DNA from: an uncultured Candidatus Saccharibacteria bacterium
Lineage (GTDB): Bacteria; Patescibacteriota; Dojkabacteria; SC72
Direction of reading: 5' to 3'
Assembly: GCA_964655705.1 (NCBI GenBank)
Contig: CAZZPP010000001.1
Span: forward strand, 90,534-154,533
DNA: 64,000 nucleotides
Positions 32,562-43,416 of this stretch are shown here, piece by piece (within the stretch, counting starts at the first letter, position 1; each line of letters starts with the position of its first letter). Made by a program: the position numbers and the translations under genes. The notes under the pieces were generated by a model. It had not been told where the DNA came from, did not search any database, and worked only from the letters and a program-made list of their open reading frames with translations.

Positions 32562-34523
32562 TTATTTCAATAGATAGATAGTTGCATTCCCAAATTGTTT
32601 TTGTTTTTCTAAACAGGAAGAGTCTTGGAAATTAATTGTTGATAGAACATATTTAACACCTAAATCTTTTAATTTAGAATCACAGGGGCTTATGTTAACT
32701 ACTAGAAGATCATTTTGAATTAGGGTAATAGGCTCTTCTCCTGTTTCAAGATCAAAGAAAAGTACATGAGCATAGCGATTGTAAATATTATGGTATTCTT
32801 TCTCTGAATCAATTACAGACCAAATCTCAAATTGTGGGTAAGGATGTATTCCATTTAATATATTCGCATTATTGGCAAGGGCGTATTGAGCATAGTGGTG
32901 GTCACCGTATATAACCCATTTAGAATCATCATCTGTACTTAAGTCGGTAATATAGTTAGCTAAATCAGTATCAGTTAAAACATCTAATCCTTTATAGAGT
33001 GGATTAACATATACAGTTGATATTAAACCAAAGAGTAAAATAACTATCATAAATAGTTTCTTATATCCTCTCAAAAACATGAATATTAATGTAGATACTA
33101 AAATTGTAGCTAAGAGAATCTTTACATATGGGAGGACGGAAGTTGGCCATGTAAAAAATGTTGGATTTAAAGAATAAAGATATCTTCCTGTTAAAAAGGT
33201 AAGTATAGCATTAAAAAGGATTAAAAGAAGTGAGAGAATTTTATCTAAAATCTTTTTCTTGTCAAATTTGTATGTATCAGAACTAAACATATATAAAAGA
33301 AGGAAATAATTTGAGAAACCCATTGCTAGCAATAATCTTTGTGGTGGGACCATATATAATCCAGAATATTTCGAAATGAAATCTGGTAATGGTAATAGAG
33401 ACCATACGAAAAATAGTAATAAAGGTGCTGCGATAGATATTCCAATGATATCAACTTTTTTTCTCGTTCTAAGATTTATAATATTTTTATAAACCATCCA
33501 AATTATCAAAGGTATAAAAATCATAAAAAAATTTGAAGCTTCACATTGATTTGCATATGGAGCGCCATTTGAATCTGACTGCATCAAAATATCATAGAAG
33601 CCATCAAAGATTTGGTATGGGTTTCCTAATCCTGCGGTAACAAAGCGCTCACCAGGATAGACAGTATTTGTCATTATTGAGATTACATCTTTAAAAGATG
33701 TGTAGAATATTAATACAAATGATATTACTATTGCTAAAGAAAGGGCAAGGGATGAAATGAATAAAAGGATACTCTTTTTGTTATTTAAAAATTCTTTTCT
33801 CTCTTTTATTACTATTCCAATAGCAAGGAATACTGTAACTATCGCCAAGGGTATTTGGAATGGTGGATATAAAATTAAACCAAAAGAAATTATGGTATAT
33901 GCAAGAGCAAGAGAGTATCCAATATATGAAAATATTTTTTTACTTTTAACTAATTTAATAAAGAAGAATAGCCCAAAAGATATTAAACCGATTGGTGCCA
34001 TAGGATCTGCAGATAACCACCATTGAACAAAGGGAGTAACTAAAAATAATAAGGATCCACTAATAGAGAGTAGGAAGTTCTTATTTGTTAATTCAAATAA
34101 AAGGAAGTATGTTCCTAAAAGCATAAGGATAATTCTTGACCACCAATGGATTGCATATGATAGGTTGGTGTTGTCACTTAAAAGGAAGGGCCAACTAGCG
34201 GGTTCAAAAAAAGTAAATATATCTCTAGTAGGAACATTATGAGAGTATCCTAAGTTCGTGCCTTCTCCTATATCTGTGTTAATCATTGATTCATCATTAA
34301 TATCTTGAGATAATAATATGGGAGTACCAAATAAGAATTCATCACTTCTTGTTGCTCTTGGGTGCCCAAGTATAATATTTGTATCTTCTTGATTAGGAAA
34401 GAGTATTTCAGAGTATCGTCCAATGGCAGAGCCATGTAGATGGAATGCAGATAGAATAATGCCAATTAATATTATGATAATTGGGTATATTAACAATTTG
34501 TATTTTTTTAGCATGCTCTTCAT
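32562..34523 (-). CDS. large polytopic membrane protein (GT-C-like / polymerase-like; function unassigned)
   Basis: 653 aa with more than 12 predicted TM helices and a C-terminal soluble domain, embedded among GT genes. Confidence 0.4.
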   Translation of the reverse strand: MKSMLKKYKLLIYPIIIILIGIILSAFHLHGSAIGRYSEILFPNQEDTNIILGHPRATRSDEFLFGTPILLSQDINDESMINTDIGEGTNLGYSHNVPTRDIFTFFEPASWPFLLSDNTNLSYAIHWWSRIILMLLGTYFLLFELTNKNFLLSISGSLLFLVTPFVQWWLSADPMAPIGLISFGLFFFIKLVKSKKIFSYIGYSLALAYTIISFGLILYPPFQIPLAIVTVFLAIGIVIKERKEFLNNKKSILLFISSLALSLAIVISFVLIFYTSFKDVISIMTNTVYPGERFVTAGLGNPYQIFDGFYDILMQSDSNGAPYANQCEASNFFMIFIPLIIWMVYKNIINLRTRKKVDIIGISIAAPLLLFFVWSLLPLPDFISKYSGLYMVPPQRLLLAMGFSNYFLLLYMFSSDTYKFDKKKILDKILSLLLILFNAILTFLTGRYLYSLNPTFFTWPTSVLPYVKILLATILVSTLIFMFLRGYKKLFMIVILLFGLISTVYVNPLYKGLDVLTDTDLANYITDLSTDDDSKWVIYGDHHYAQYALANNANILNGIHPYPQFEIWSVIDSEKEYHNIYNRYAHVLFFDLETGEEPITLIQNDLLVVNISPCDSKLKDLGVKYVLSTINFQDSSCLEKQKQFGNATIYLLK

Positions 34524-34584
34524 TTAAGTGTATATTGAATATATAATTATAATATTTTATCTTATTTTGCATACGATTTAAACA

Positions 34585-35355
34585 ATGAAAATCTCAATAA
34601 TAACAACAAACTATAATACAGATAAATATCTAGAGAGAACTATTAAAAGTGTTCTTAATCAAAAAGGAGACTTCGAATTAGAATATATCATTACAGATGG
34701 TAAATCTACTGATAAAAGTTTAGATATTATTAAAAAATATAAAGATAAAATAAAATATATATCTGAGAAAGATAAAGGACAATCAGATGGAATAAATAAA
34801 GGATTAAGAATGGCTACAGGAGATATATTAGCATTTCTTAATTCAGATGATATATATACTGAAGGAGCATTAGATAAGGTAGTAAGATATTTTAAAGATA
34901 ATCCAGATTGTATGTGGTTAACAGGGTATTGTAGGATAATAGATGAGAATGATAATGAGATTAAGAAATATGTAACAAAGTATAAGAATAGGAAGTTAGA
35001 GAGATTTACTCTCGAGCAGTTATTGATTGAAAATTGTATCTCTCAACCAGCAACTTTTTGGAGAAGAGAACTACTAGATGAGGTGGGATATATTGATGAG
35101 AGTTTGCATTTTTCTATGGATCAAGATTTATGGGCTAGGTTTGCTAAGAAGTATGAATTAAATTTAATTAGAGATTATCTAGCAGAGTTTAGATTTACTT
35201 CTGATACTAAAACAGGGTCTAGCATAGAAAAGACGCTTGCTGAATCAGGAATTATTGCAGAAAGATATTCAGGAAAGAAAGGGGTATTAATCTTACAGAA
35301 CCTTAGCAATTTGAAAAGAATATTGGTTTACCGATATTTGCCTAAAAAGGATTAG
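34585..35355 (+). CDS. glycosyltransferase family 2
   Basis: MKISIITTNYNTDKYLERTIKSVLNQ ... ITDGKSTDKS. Confidence 0.75.
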   Translation: MKISIITTNYNTDKYLERTIKSVLNQKGDFELEYIITDGKSTDKSLDIIKKYKDKIKYISEKDKGQSDGINKGLRMATGDILAFLNSDDIYTEGALDKVVRYFKDNPDCMWLTGYCRIIDENDNEIKKYVTKYKNRKLERFTLEQLLIENCISQPATFWRRELLDEVGYIDESLHFSMDQDLWARFAKKYELNLIRDYLAEFRFTSDTKTGSSIEKTLAESGIIAERYSGKKGVLILQNLSNLKRILVYRYLPKKD

Positions 35356-35364
35356 AAAGAGCAT

Positions 35365-35697
35365 CTATTTTGTATCAGTTTTGTCTTTAGCTATTTTTCT
35401 AACTAACTTAGTTATTTCTTTTTCAAGTTTGTTTATTTTTTCACTTTGTCTAAATATATAATAGAAGAGAAAGATAATTGAGAGATATACTAATACATCT
35501 ATACCTCTTCCTACACCAAATAGTTGTCCTACTTTATCTATTGTATTTGTTGGCAACCAAATAAATACTAGTGCTATTCCCCAGAATATTCCCCAAAAGA
35601 GTAATTTAAATAGTTGTGTTCTATCCTTAAGTACTTTGATTAAGAATTGAATTAACACTATTACTATTATCCCAGTAGCAATATATTGAATAATCAT
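35365..35697 (-). CDS. DUF2304-like small membrane protein (GT2-associated)
   Basis: 110 aa with 3 TM helices; in the same operon as, and overlapping, a DPM1-like GT2, the usual pairing for this family. Confidence 0.5.
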   Translation of the reverse strand: MIIQYIATGIIVIVLIQFLIKVLKDRTQLFKLLFWGIFWGIALVFIWLPTNTIDKVGQLFGVGRGIDVLVYLSIIFLFYYIFRQSEKINKLEKEITKLVRKIAKDKTDTK

Positions 35698-36383
35698 TAT
35701 TTAAGTTTAGATGATATTAATTTGAAAGCAATATTTATACTGTTAGATATGCTTTGTCCTTTAGCTTGTGAGTATTCTGTGTAATGTATTGTTACTGGTA
35801 CTTCTGTATATTTAAGATTTAATACCTTTATCTTATCTAATATCTCAGATGCATGTTCCATACGGTCATGTTGAAGATTTAATTTCTTAGCAGTTTCTGC
35901 TGTCATTACTCTTAATCCGTTATGCACATCTGTTAACCATATTTGAGAGAGTAGGTAGGTAAAGATTATCCCTATTTTTAAGACGATTTTCTTTTTTAAG
36001 GGAACATTATTTTCTTGTAGAAATCTAGAGCCTAATACTATGTCATATTTGCCTTCTATTAATGTATTTAACATATGATCTAAATCTTTAACATCGTGTT
36101 GTCCATCTGAATCAAAATGAACTATATATTTAGCACCCTTATCTAATGCTATCTCCATTCCTGTTTGTAATGCTGCTCCTTGTCCTCTATTAATAATATG
36201 TTTTGTTACAATTACATCTGTATTCTCTTTTACAACATTATATCCATTATCTTTGCTACCATCATCTACAACAACAATATTATTATATCCTGCTTCTTTT
36301 AAAGATTTAATTACATTGAGAATCATTTTAGAGTCGTTGTAGAGAGGGATTGTGATGTAGACGTTGGATTTGTTAGGTTTCAT
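35697..36383 (-). CDS. GT2 polyprenyl-phosphate glycosyltransferase (DPM1/GtrB-like catalytic domain)
   Basis: VYITIPLYND...IVVVDDGSKDN...DSDGQHD motifs. The ORF track starts at a TTG at 36422; the ATG at 36383 (MKPNKSNVYITIP) is preferred. Confidence 0.7.
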   Translation of the reverse strand: MKPNKSNVYITIPLYNDSKMILNVIKSLKEAGYNNIVVVDDGSKDNGYNVVKENTDVIVTKHIINRGQGAALQTGMEIALDKGAKYIVHFDSDGQHDVKDLDHMLNTLIEGKYDIVLGSRFLQENNVPLKKKIVLKIGIIFTYLLSQIWLTDVHNGLRVMTAETAKKLNLQHDRMEHASEILDKIKVLNLKYTEVPVTIHYTEYSQAKGQSISNSINIAFKLISSKLK

Positions 36384-36402
36384 ACCCAGAATTATTTTAT
36401 AA

Positions 36403-37440
36403 TTATTTAGACCCCGAAACAAATTTTTTTAGGAATCTTCTCAATTTAAAAGGAATTATTTTTCTTCGTAGATTCTTGAACCTAGAAAAATTTTCATTTT
36501 GTTGATTTATAGAAGGTTCTTTTGTCGGTTCTAATTCTACTTGAAGTGTATCCGAGAGTAAATCAAACATCTTTTTGCATGAAAGGATATCGTATATATT
36601 ATCTAATTTATTGTTGTTTTTAATAAATTGGAGTGTTATATAAGCATTTACGAGATTGTTTTCTTTTAAATTGGTCCCAAAACTATTTGCAAATTTTGTA
36701 TATAATGATTCGGAAGCTTGGGTTAATTGACTTTCAATGAATTGGTCTAGAATTAGCAACAATTCTATTTTTATACGAGTATTATTTGTTTTTGTCTCAT
36801 TGTTTTGATGCCATCTGTAATAGGTAAGAATTTTTTCGCATCGGTCTATTCTTGCATTTGGTATAAATTTTAGCCATAACTCTAAATCGTAAGCAGTAAT
36901 TAAATTCTCATTAAATAATCCATATTTATCAAAAAAAGATTTTTTAATCATTACGGATGATTTGCAAAAATAATTTTTCTCAATAAATCTAAAAATGATA
37001 TCTCGATCGAAGATTTCTACAGGATTAAATAAATTCCAAGTTTGATTGAAATGTTCATCCGGTAAACCCAAACCGTTCTCATCAATCGCCTCGACTTTTG
37101 TAATTGAAATATCATACCCAGATTTAATTAGATCTATCTGATTTTGCAACTTTTCTGGGTGATATTTGTCATCAGCATCTAAAAAACAAATGTATTTACC
37201 TTGAGAGATACGAAGTCCTCTATTTAGGGTTTTTGAAACGCCACAATTTTTTTGGACAAGAAATGTAATTCTTTTGTCTTCATACTGTTTGATTAATCTA
37301 ATAGAATCGTCTTTAGATCCATCATCAATGATAATGAGTTCCCAATTTTTAAATGTCTGATTGATAACAGAATCTATTGCTCTCGTAATAAATCTGTCGT
37401 AATTGTAAGAAGGTATGATGATACTTATTTCCGGTTTCAT
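36403..37440 (-). CDS. glycosyltransferase family 2
   Basis: MKPEISIIIPSYNYDRFITRAIDSVINQTFKNWELIIIDDGSKDDS. Confidence 0.8.
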   Translation of the reverse strand: MKPEISIIIPSYNYDRFITRAIDSVINQTFKNWELIIIDDGSKDDSIRLIKQYEDKRITFLVQKNCGVSKTLNRGLRISQGKYICFLDADDKYHPEKLQNQIDLIKSGYDISITKVEAIDENGLGLPDEHFNQTWNLFNPVEIFDRDIIFRFIEKNYFCKSSVMIKKSFFDKYGLFNENLITAYDLELWLKFIPNARIDRCEKILTYYRWHQNNETKTNNTRIKIELLLILDQFIESQLTQASESLYTKFANSFGTNLKENNLVNAYITLQFIKNNNKLDNIYDILSCKKMFDLLSDTLQVELEPTKEPSINQQNENFSRFKNLRRKIIPFKLRRFLKKFVSGSK

Positions 37441-37517
37441 ATATTGTGATATAAATACTTTATGTTTAAAGATTATATATTTATATTATTTTTGATACAA
37501 TATGCATTGTAATATAT

Positions 37518-38498
37518 ATGAGAAATGATTACTCGGAAAAAAGGAAACAGTTTGTTTACAGACACATTAACAGGGTGTTAGTAAACACTTATTCTAGGAG
37601 AATAAATAAGGTGCCAAAAGTAAAATATGACGGTTTGATTTCGATAATAATTCTTAGCTTTAATCGTGTTAGAGATACAAAATTCTCAATTGAACAGTTA
37701 TATAAGCATTCAAAATTTCCTTTTGAGGTTATAGTTCTTGATAATAACTCAGATAAAGAGCAACTAGAAGAGTTAAAAAGATTTGTTAAAAGATATAAGA
37801 ATCTCAGACTAATTGAATCCAAGAGAAATTTAGGTGCAGCAAGAGGGAAAGCTGAAGCTGCCAAATATGGTATAGGCAAGTATTATTTCTTTCTAGATAA
37901 TGATGTCGTAGTAACTCCATATTATATGGAGAATCTGATGAGAACACTTCTAGTAGATAGCAAAACAGTAGCTGTTTGTTCAAAAGTTATATTTCCGGAT
38001 TGTACAATTCAATTTAATGGTGGAACGCTCAAAGAGGATAAAGATTTTTATATCTTTAATTTGCTTGATAGCGGGAAGTTGTTTTGGCAAAGAGAAACAA
38101 TTAATAACTATGTGAGATGTCCTTGGGTGCCAGGTGGTTCAACATTATGGAGGGCAAAATATTATAAAAAGTTTCCCATTGATGAAAAAATGGAGGGAAG
38201 TTATGAAGATAATGAGGTTTGTATAAGGATTAACAAGGCAGGTTATAATGTTCGTAACTGTCCACATTCAATAACTATTCATCATCATATGTATTTCCAA
38301 GATTACAAATTCAACTTAAGAGAAAAAAAATATATCGAGGGGAGATATGATACCTCAAGAACAACGAAGGCTTTAAGGAGATTCTGGAATGTTCATAAGA
38401 AAGCCTTTGTTTTTAATTGTGAAGAAGCGACATATGGTTTCTTGAAAGATTATTCAAAAAAGAACATAAAAAAATTTATAATGAGTAAAGATGAATAA
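37518..38498 (+). CDS. GT2-like glycosyltransferase
   Basis: ISIIILSFNRVRDT...EVIVLDNNSDKEQ; DND metal-binding motif. Confidence 0.65.
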   Translation: MRNDYSEKRKQFVYRHINRVLVNTYSRRINKVPKVKYDGLISIIILSFNRVRDTKFSIEQLYKHSKFPFEVIVLDNNSDKEQLEELKRFVKRYKNLRLIESKRNLGAARGKAEAAKYGIGKYYFFLDNDVVVTPYYMENLMRTLLVDSKTVAVCSKVIFPDCTIQFNGGTLKEDKDFYIFNLLDSGKLFWQRETINNYVRCPWVPGGSTLWRAKYYKKFPIDEKMEGSYEDNEVCIRINKAGYNVRNCPHSITIHHHMYFQDYKFNLREKKYIEGRYDTSRTTKALRRFWNVHKKAFVFNCEEATYGFLKDYSKKNIKKFIMSKDE

Positions 38499-39468
38499 AA
38501 TTAGAAATTTTATTAACAACACAGAAAAGTATGGAAAGATAGGGGTAATAAAATTTTATTTGAACAATTTGTTATGGGGGGAACAAATAGAGTTTAATAC
38601 TACGAAACTTTTAAAATATTTAATAAAAGATATTCTTAATCCACCGATTAAGTTTGTAAACAAGAAGGCGAATGAACTTAGAAGGGTAGCACTGAGATTT
38701 ATAAAAAAACCAAAAGTTTCAATAATTATGTCTGTATATAATGGACAAGGTTATCTAGAAGAATCAGTTGAAAGTATTTTAAATCAGAGTTTTAGGGATT
38801 TCGAATTTCTGATTGTAGATGATAATTCAGAAGATTCATCTTTCCCTATTATTGAGAGATATTCGAATCTAGATAAAAGGGTGAAAGTATTTCGAAACAA
38901 AGAAAATATTGGATTAACGAAATCACTTAATTTTTTATTAGATAAAGCTCAAGGAGATTATATTGCCAGAATGGATTCTGATGACGTTTCTTTGCCTGAC
39001 AGGATATTAAAACAACACAATTTTTTAGAAAGGCATAAAGACATATTTTTAGTAGGTACGGGAGCTTTTAATATTAATGAGAAAGGTATAATACTTTCTC
39101 AATCAGAGCCGTTAACAACATCAAGCAAGGTTTCAAAAAGATTGCCCATTGGGAATTGTATATATCATCCATCAATAATGTTTAGAAACAAGAAATTAAG
39201 ATATAGAGAAAAATTCATGTTTTCACAAGATTACGATTTATATCTAAATTTGCTTTCTTTAGGTGAGAAAATAGCAAATGTGAACGAACCCTTACTAAAA
39301 TACAGAATAAATTCGAAATCAATTTCTAATCAAAGACATAAAGCTCAAGAATTATTTGCACAACAGGCAAGAAAATTTTATGTACAAAGGAAACAATCTA
39401 AAAACAATGAAGATGATTATTCCAGTTTTTTATCACAATCAATTTTTGAACAAGAGGAGGGTAAGTAG
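38491..39468 (+). CDS. glycosyltransferase family 2
   Basis: PKVSIIMSVYNGQGYLEESVESILNQSFRDFEFLIVDDNSEDSS. Confidence 0.8.
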   Translation: MNKIRNFINNTEKYGKIGVIKFYLNNLLWGEQIEFNTTKLLKYLIKDILNPPIKFVNKKANELRRVALRFIKKPKVSIIMSVYNGQGYLEESVESILNQSFRDFEFLIVDDNSEDSSFPIIERYSNLDKRVKVFRNKENIGLTKSLNFLLDKAQGDYIARMDSDDVSLPDRILKQHNFLERHKDIFLVGTGAFNINEKGIILSQSEPLTTSSKVSKRLPIGNCIYHPSIMFRNKKLRYREKFMFSQDYDLYLNLLSLGEKIANVNEPLLKYRINSKSISNQRHKAQELFAQQARKFYVQRKQSKNNEDDYSSFLSQSIFEQEEGK

Positions 39469-39567
39469 ATATTTCACCAAAGGTTATTATTAAGGTCTAA
39501 TTGAAATAAAAATCTTAACTTGTAAGTGATTTGTTCGATATGTTAAAATCCTTATATAATACAAAAT

Positions 39568-41805
39568 TTGATTCAAATGCTAGATTTATCAATAATCATA
39601 ATAGGGGGTAGTAATTATCAAGAAACATATAAGACTTTAAGAAATATAAAGATTTTAAGGGACACTTGTAGTAAGAAAGTCCGACTTCATCTACTTCTTA
39701 ACAAAAATGTTGAAGAGGTTAATAAGATTACTAAAAAAGCAAAGGAACTTATAAATGACATTGAGATTCCAGTTGACACATTTTCAGACTTTTCAGAAAT
39801 CAGAGAGTATGTTACAAAAACTTGCGAGGAGAAGTACATCCTTTTTATTAATAGTGGGAATTATCTGTCACTAGATACTTTTAATAATTTCTATAAAATA
39901 TGTAATCTGTCTAATCATCAAATTTATCTTACTGAGAAAAAAGTTTTTTTTGAAAAAGAATACTATACAGAAGATAATATAGCATCGTCAGATACTTCCT
40001 TTAGCAATTTTTCATTTCTTATCCAAGATCTGTGGAATTTAAATCCATGGGGTAGTACCTTTTTCATTTCCAAAAAGGATCTTGAGGGTATTGAGCTTTC
40101 TAAAATCAACCATGAATTTAAAGTTGGGACCGAGATTATCACTTTTTTTTGCAATTGTCTAAGTAATGGGATGGAGTTTGTTATTATTCCCCAAACAATA
40201 TCATTTTACAGAAAAAATATGCAGTCACTTCGTTTGTCTAGTGATTATGTTACTCCCAAGATTGAGTTGTTTGCACCAGAGAACTTCGAAATTAAGAATC
40301 AGAGAATTATATCAGAGGTTTCAGAAAAGAACAGAAACCATTTAAAGAAAACACTACACCATTGGTTCCCCAAATTCTGTATTTTGTTCTCAAACTTTAA
40401 GAAAAAGTATGAATTTATTTTAGCGAAAATTAATGATAAAGAAGATAAGAGAAGCATTATTAAAAAGATTCCATCAGTGATATTTCCCAATTTATATCTT
40501 AAGATTTTTGTTATTAAAGAAAGAATTAAAAAGTTATTTGGAGAAAAAAACGAAAAACAATTCTATCCCTTATGGTTTGTGAACGAATGGAAGTTAATGA
40601 ACAACATAGAGCCAATTCTTTTCCCGCCAGAGAACAGAATATATGAAAAGGTGTTGTTAACAAATATCAACTTAGACAACTATTTGCAAGAAATGTACTC
40701 GCACTTCCCTTCTAATATAGATTATCTTATTGTTTGCCCTTGGTTGAAAAGAGGTGGTGCAGATAAATTGGCAATAAATTTGATAAAAGGAATTAAAAAA
40801 ATCTTTCCAAATAAAGAGGTTGGTTTATTACTTACAGAAAAAACTAATTCAGAAATAAAATCTATGTTACCTGAAGATATATATTTCTTTGATTTTGGGA
40901 ATAGTTTTCCAGACATAAATGCCCCTGAAAGAGAGGCTTTGCTGTTAAGGTTTATCATACAAAATAGTCCAAAGAAAACAATTAATATTAATTCACATTC
41001 TTTGTTTAATATCCTTCTTAAATATAGTAAACCTATATCGCTGTACACAAAAATATACTGTTTTTGTTTTAGTCCAAGTAAAGCTCCCAATGGTCAATTG
41101 ACAGGGTTTTCCTTTGATTTTATCCCATTTATCATAGATGATTTAGAAACGGTTTTTACAGATAACACTAATATCATCAATGTCTTAGTAGAGATGTTTG
41201 GTTTGGATAAGAATAAGTTCTCTGTTATTTATCAACCGGTAGAGATTGAAAAATATATTGAAAAGACATATATAGACAAGAGAGAATGGAATGTTCTATG
41301 GGCAAGTAGAATAGATTATGAAAAACTTCCAAGTGTTTTAGAAAAGATAATTGCAAAATCGTCAGGGAAAAATCTAGTATTTCATATATATGGAAACTCA
41401 CTTTTAGACAAGCAATTTCCTTTGAAAAGATTTAATAAATATAAACATGCTTTTACATATGGTGCCTATGTAGGTGGATTATCAGGTATTGATTATTCAA
41501 AATATGATATATTTCTTTATACATCAGAATTTGATGGTATGCCTAACACAGTTTTAGAAGCACTATCTTTGGGTATTCCAGTTATATCGTCAAATGTTGG
41601 AGGTATTAAAGAGGTGATAGAGGATGGAGTTACAGGTTTCCTGGTAGATGATATATATGATGAAACGAAGTATTTTGATTTATTAGAAAGAGTAATAGAG
41701 AGGAAAAATGATTTGAATAGGATAAGGTTAAATGCAAGTAAGAAACTTAATAATCAACATTCTTGGGATGTTTATCTTGACAGACTAAAGGAAATATTAG
41801 CATAA
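39568..41805 (+). CDS. bimodular glycosyltransferase (N-terminal GT-A-like region + C-terminal GT4/GT-B domain)
   Basis: C-terminal EFDGMPNTVLEALSLGIPVISSNVGGIKEVIEDGVTGFLVDD is the GT4 E-x7-E region; the N-terminal half is GT2-like. Confidence 0.7.
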   Translation: MIQMLDLSIIIIGGSNYQETYKTLRNIKILRDTCSKKVRLHLLLNKNVEEVNKITKKAKELINDIEIPVDTFSDFSEIREYVTKTCEEKYILFINSGNYLSLDTFNNFYKICNLSNHQIYLTEKKVFFEKEYYTEDNIASSDTSFSNFSFLIQDLWNLNPWGSTFFISKKDLEGIELSKINHEFKVGTEIITFFCNCLSNGMEFVIIPQTISFYRKNMQSLRLSSDYVTPKIELFAPENFEIKNQRIISEVSEKNRNHLKKTLHHWFPKFCILFSNFKKKYEFILAKINDKEDKRSIIKKIPSVIFPNLYLKIFVIKERIKKLFGEKNEKQFYPLWFVNEWKLMNNIEPILFPPENRIYEKVLLTNINLDNYLQEMYSHFPSNIDYLIVCPWLKRGGADKLAINLIKGIKKIFPNKEVGLLLTEKTNSEIKSMLPEDIYFFDFGNSFPDINAPEREALLLRFIIQNSPKKTININSHSLFNILLKYSKPISLYTKIYCFCFSPSKAPNGQLTGFSFDFIPFIIDDLETVFTDNTNIINVLVEMFGLDKNKFSVIYQPVEIEKYIEKTYIDKREWNVLWASRIDYEKLPSVLEKIIAKSSGKNLVFHIYGNSLLDKQFPLKRFNKYKHAFTYGAYVGGLSGIDYSKYDIFLYTSEFDGMPNTVLEALSLGIPVISSNVGGIKEVIEDGVTGFLVDDIYDETKYFDLLERVIERKNDLNRIRLNASKKLNNQHSWDVYLDRLKEILA

Positions 41806-41811
41806 CAAAAT

Positions 41812-42450
41812 ATGAAAGAAAAAGAATTCTCAAAATTTTTGATTAATAATTCTCCAAATACTGATTTTGTGTCAAAACTGAAAATAAAATATAGACCATA
41901 TATTTGTCCTTTTGACACTATATTAGATATGGTTGGAGATCAAAAAAAAGTTTTTGATATTGGATGTGGATCAGGAATGTTTCTATCTCTATATGCCGAG
42001 TATAAAAGACCGATTAAAATTGGAGGAGTAGAAGTTGATGAGAAGCTGATTGCTAATAGTAAAATATTACTTCAAAAATATAAGGTACCAAAGTATCTTG
42101 AAGTATATGATGGAAAAGAAATCCCAAATGAAATATCTGATTATAATTTTATAACTCTGATTGATGTTTTACATCATATCTCCCCAACAGATCAAAAGAA
42201 TTTTCTTGAAAGAATAATTGAAAAAATGTCGAAAGGAAGTATTTTAATAGTTAAGGATATAGATAGAGACAGCCCATTAGTAATTTTTAATAAAATTCAT
42301 GACTTAATATTTTCCAAGGAAGTGAGTTATGAATTGAGTTACAAAGAGTTGAAATCAGATATTTCTAAAAAAGGTTTAGAAATAGTGAAGAGTTTTAAGA
42401 AAACAAAGATAGTGTATCCCCATTACTTTTTATTAATAAAGAAGATATGA
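41812..42450 (+). CDS. class I SAM-dependent methyltransferase
   Basis: Motif I VFDIGCGSGMF and the following acidic loop. Confidence 0.7.
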   Translation: MKEKEFSKFLINNSPNTDFVSKLKIKYRPYICPFDTILDMVGDQKKVFDIGCGSGMFLSLYAEYKRPIKIGGVEVDEKLIANSKILLQKYKVPKYLEVYDGKEIPNEISDYNFITLIDVLHHISPTDQKNFLERIIEKMSKGSILIVKDIDRDSPLVIFNKIHDLIFSKEVSYELSYKELKSDISKKGLEIVKSFKKTKIVYPHYFLLIKKI

Positions 42451-42881
42451 GAAAAGAATATACATTCTTAAGATATTTTCTTGTTGGTATATCTACCGTT
42501 GCAATAGATTATTTTTTGTATTTAATCCTAATAAAATTTCAATTAGAAGAGGTTTTTGCAAATGTTATATCTGTTTTTGTGTCAGTAATATTTAATTTTT
42601 TAATGCAAAATTATTGGTCTTTTAGGGCAGGGGGGGCAGAAAAAATAAAGAAAATAACAAAATATATAGTTATAACTACATTTAATTATTTTTTTAATGT
42701 CATTGCATTTTATTTTCTATTTGAAGAGTTTTTATTTGAAAAATTATTTAACAATATATGTAGTTTAAATATGAGTTTCCTGCCAGAAGGAGTAATGACC
42801 AAATTTTTTATTGCAGGAATAATTATGTGTTGGAACTATTTTATCTTTAAGTATTGGGTATTTAAAAAAAATGAACCTTAA
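42447..42881 (+). CDS. GtrA-family small membrane protein (polyprenyl-P-sugar translocation)
   Basis: 144 aa with 4 TM helices and a conserved FLRYFLVGISTVAIDYFLY N-terminus. Confidence 0.7.
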   Translation: MRKEYTFLRYFLVGISTVAIDYFLYLILIKFQLEEVFANVISVFVSVIFNFLMQNYWSFRAGGAEKIKKITKYIVITTFNYFFNVIAFYFLFEEFLFEKLFNNICSLNMSFLPEGVMTKFFIAGIIMCWNYFIFKYWVFKKNEP

Positions 42882-43416
42882 ATTTTATACAAAATTTTGG
42901 TTAAAAACTGATAAAAAAGAGATCCCAACACAAGTAATTGATTCTATATATGAAATAGATTGGAAAAATGTTCAAAAACGTTTTAAGGTAATTGTTTTTG
43001 ATTTAGATGATACACTTGGAGAACATGGGGGAGAAATATCTAGTGTAAGTTTAAATCTGCTTTCAAGACTAAATAAAGATGGTTTAAGAGTAGTTATTTT
43101 ATCAAATTGTCGTACCTCAAGAGAAAGTATATTAAGAAATAGCCTAAAGAATTTGAAGGTTGATATTATTAGTAATTCTGATAAGCCAAACCCGGATAAT
43201 TATTGCAAGGTTATTAAGAAGTTAAAGGCATTACCTTCTGAATGTATAGTAGTTGGTGATAGGGTTGCGACGGATCTTTTTGGAGCATTTATATGTGATA
43301 TACCAGAGAGAATTTTAGTCAAACCATATTCAGAAGTGTTTGGGGGTAAAAAACCTGGAGTTATCTATAGAACTGCTAGGATGATTGAAAACTTCTGTTC
43401 TAAAGATAAAGAATAA
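42871..43416 (+). CDS. HAD-superfamily phosphatase
   Basis: Motif I VIVFDLDDTLGEH; downstream SN and GD motifs. Confidence 0.7.
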   Translation: MNLKFYTKFWLKTDKKEIPTQVIDSIYEIDWKNVQKRFKVIVFDLDDTLGEHGGEISSVSLNLLSRLNKDGLRVVILSNCRTSRESILRNSLKNLKVDIISNSDKPNPDNYCKVIKKLKALPSECIVVGDRVATDLFGAFICDIPERILVKPYSEVFGGKKPGVIYRTARMIENFCSKDKE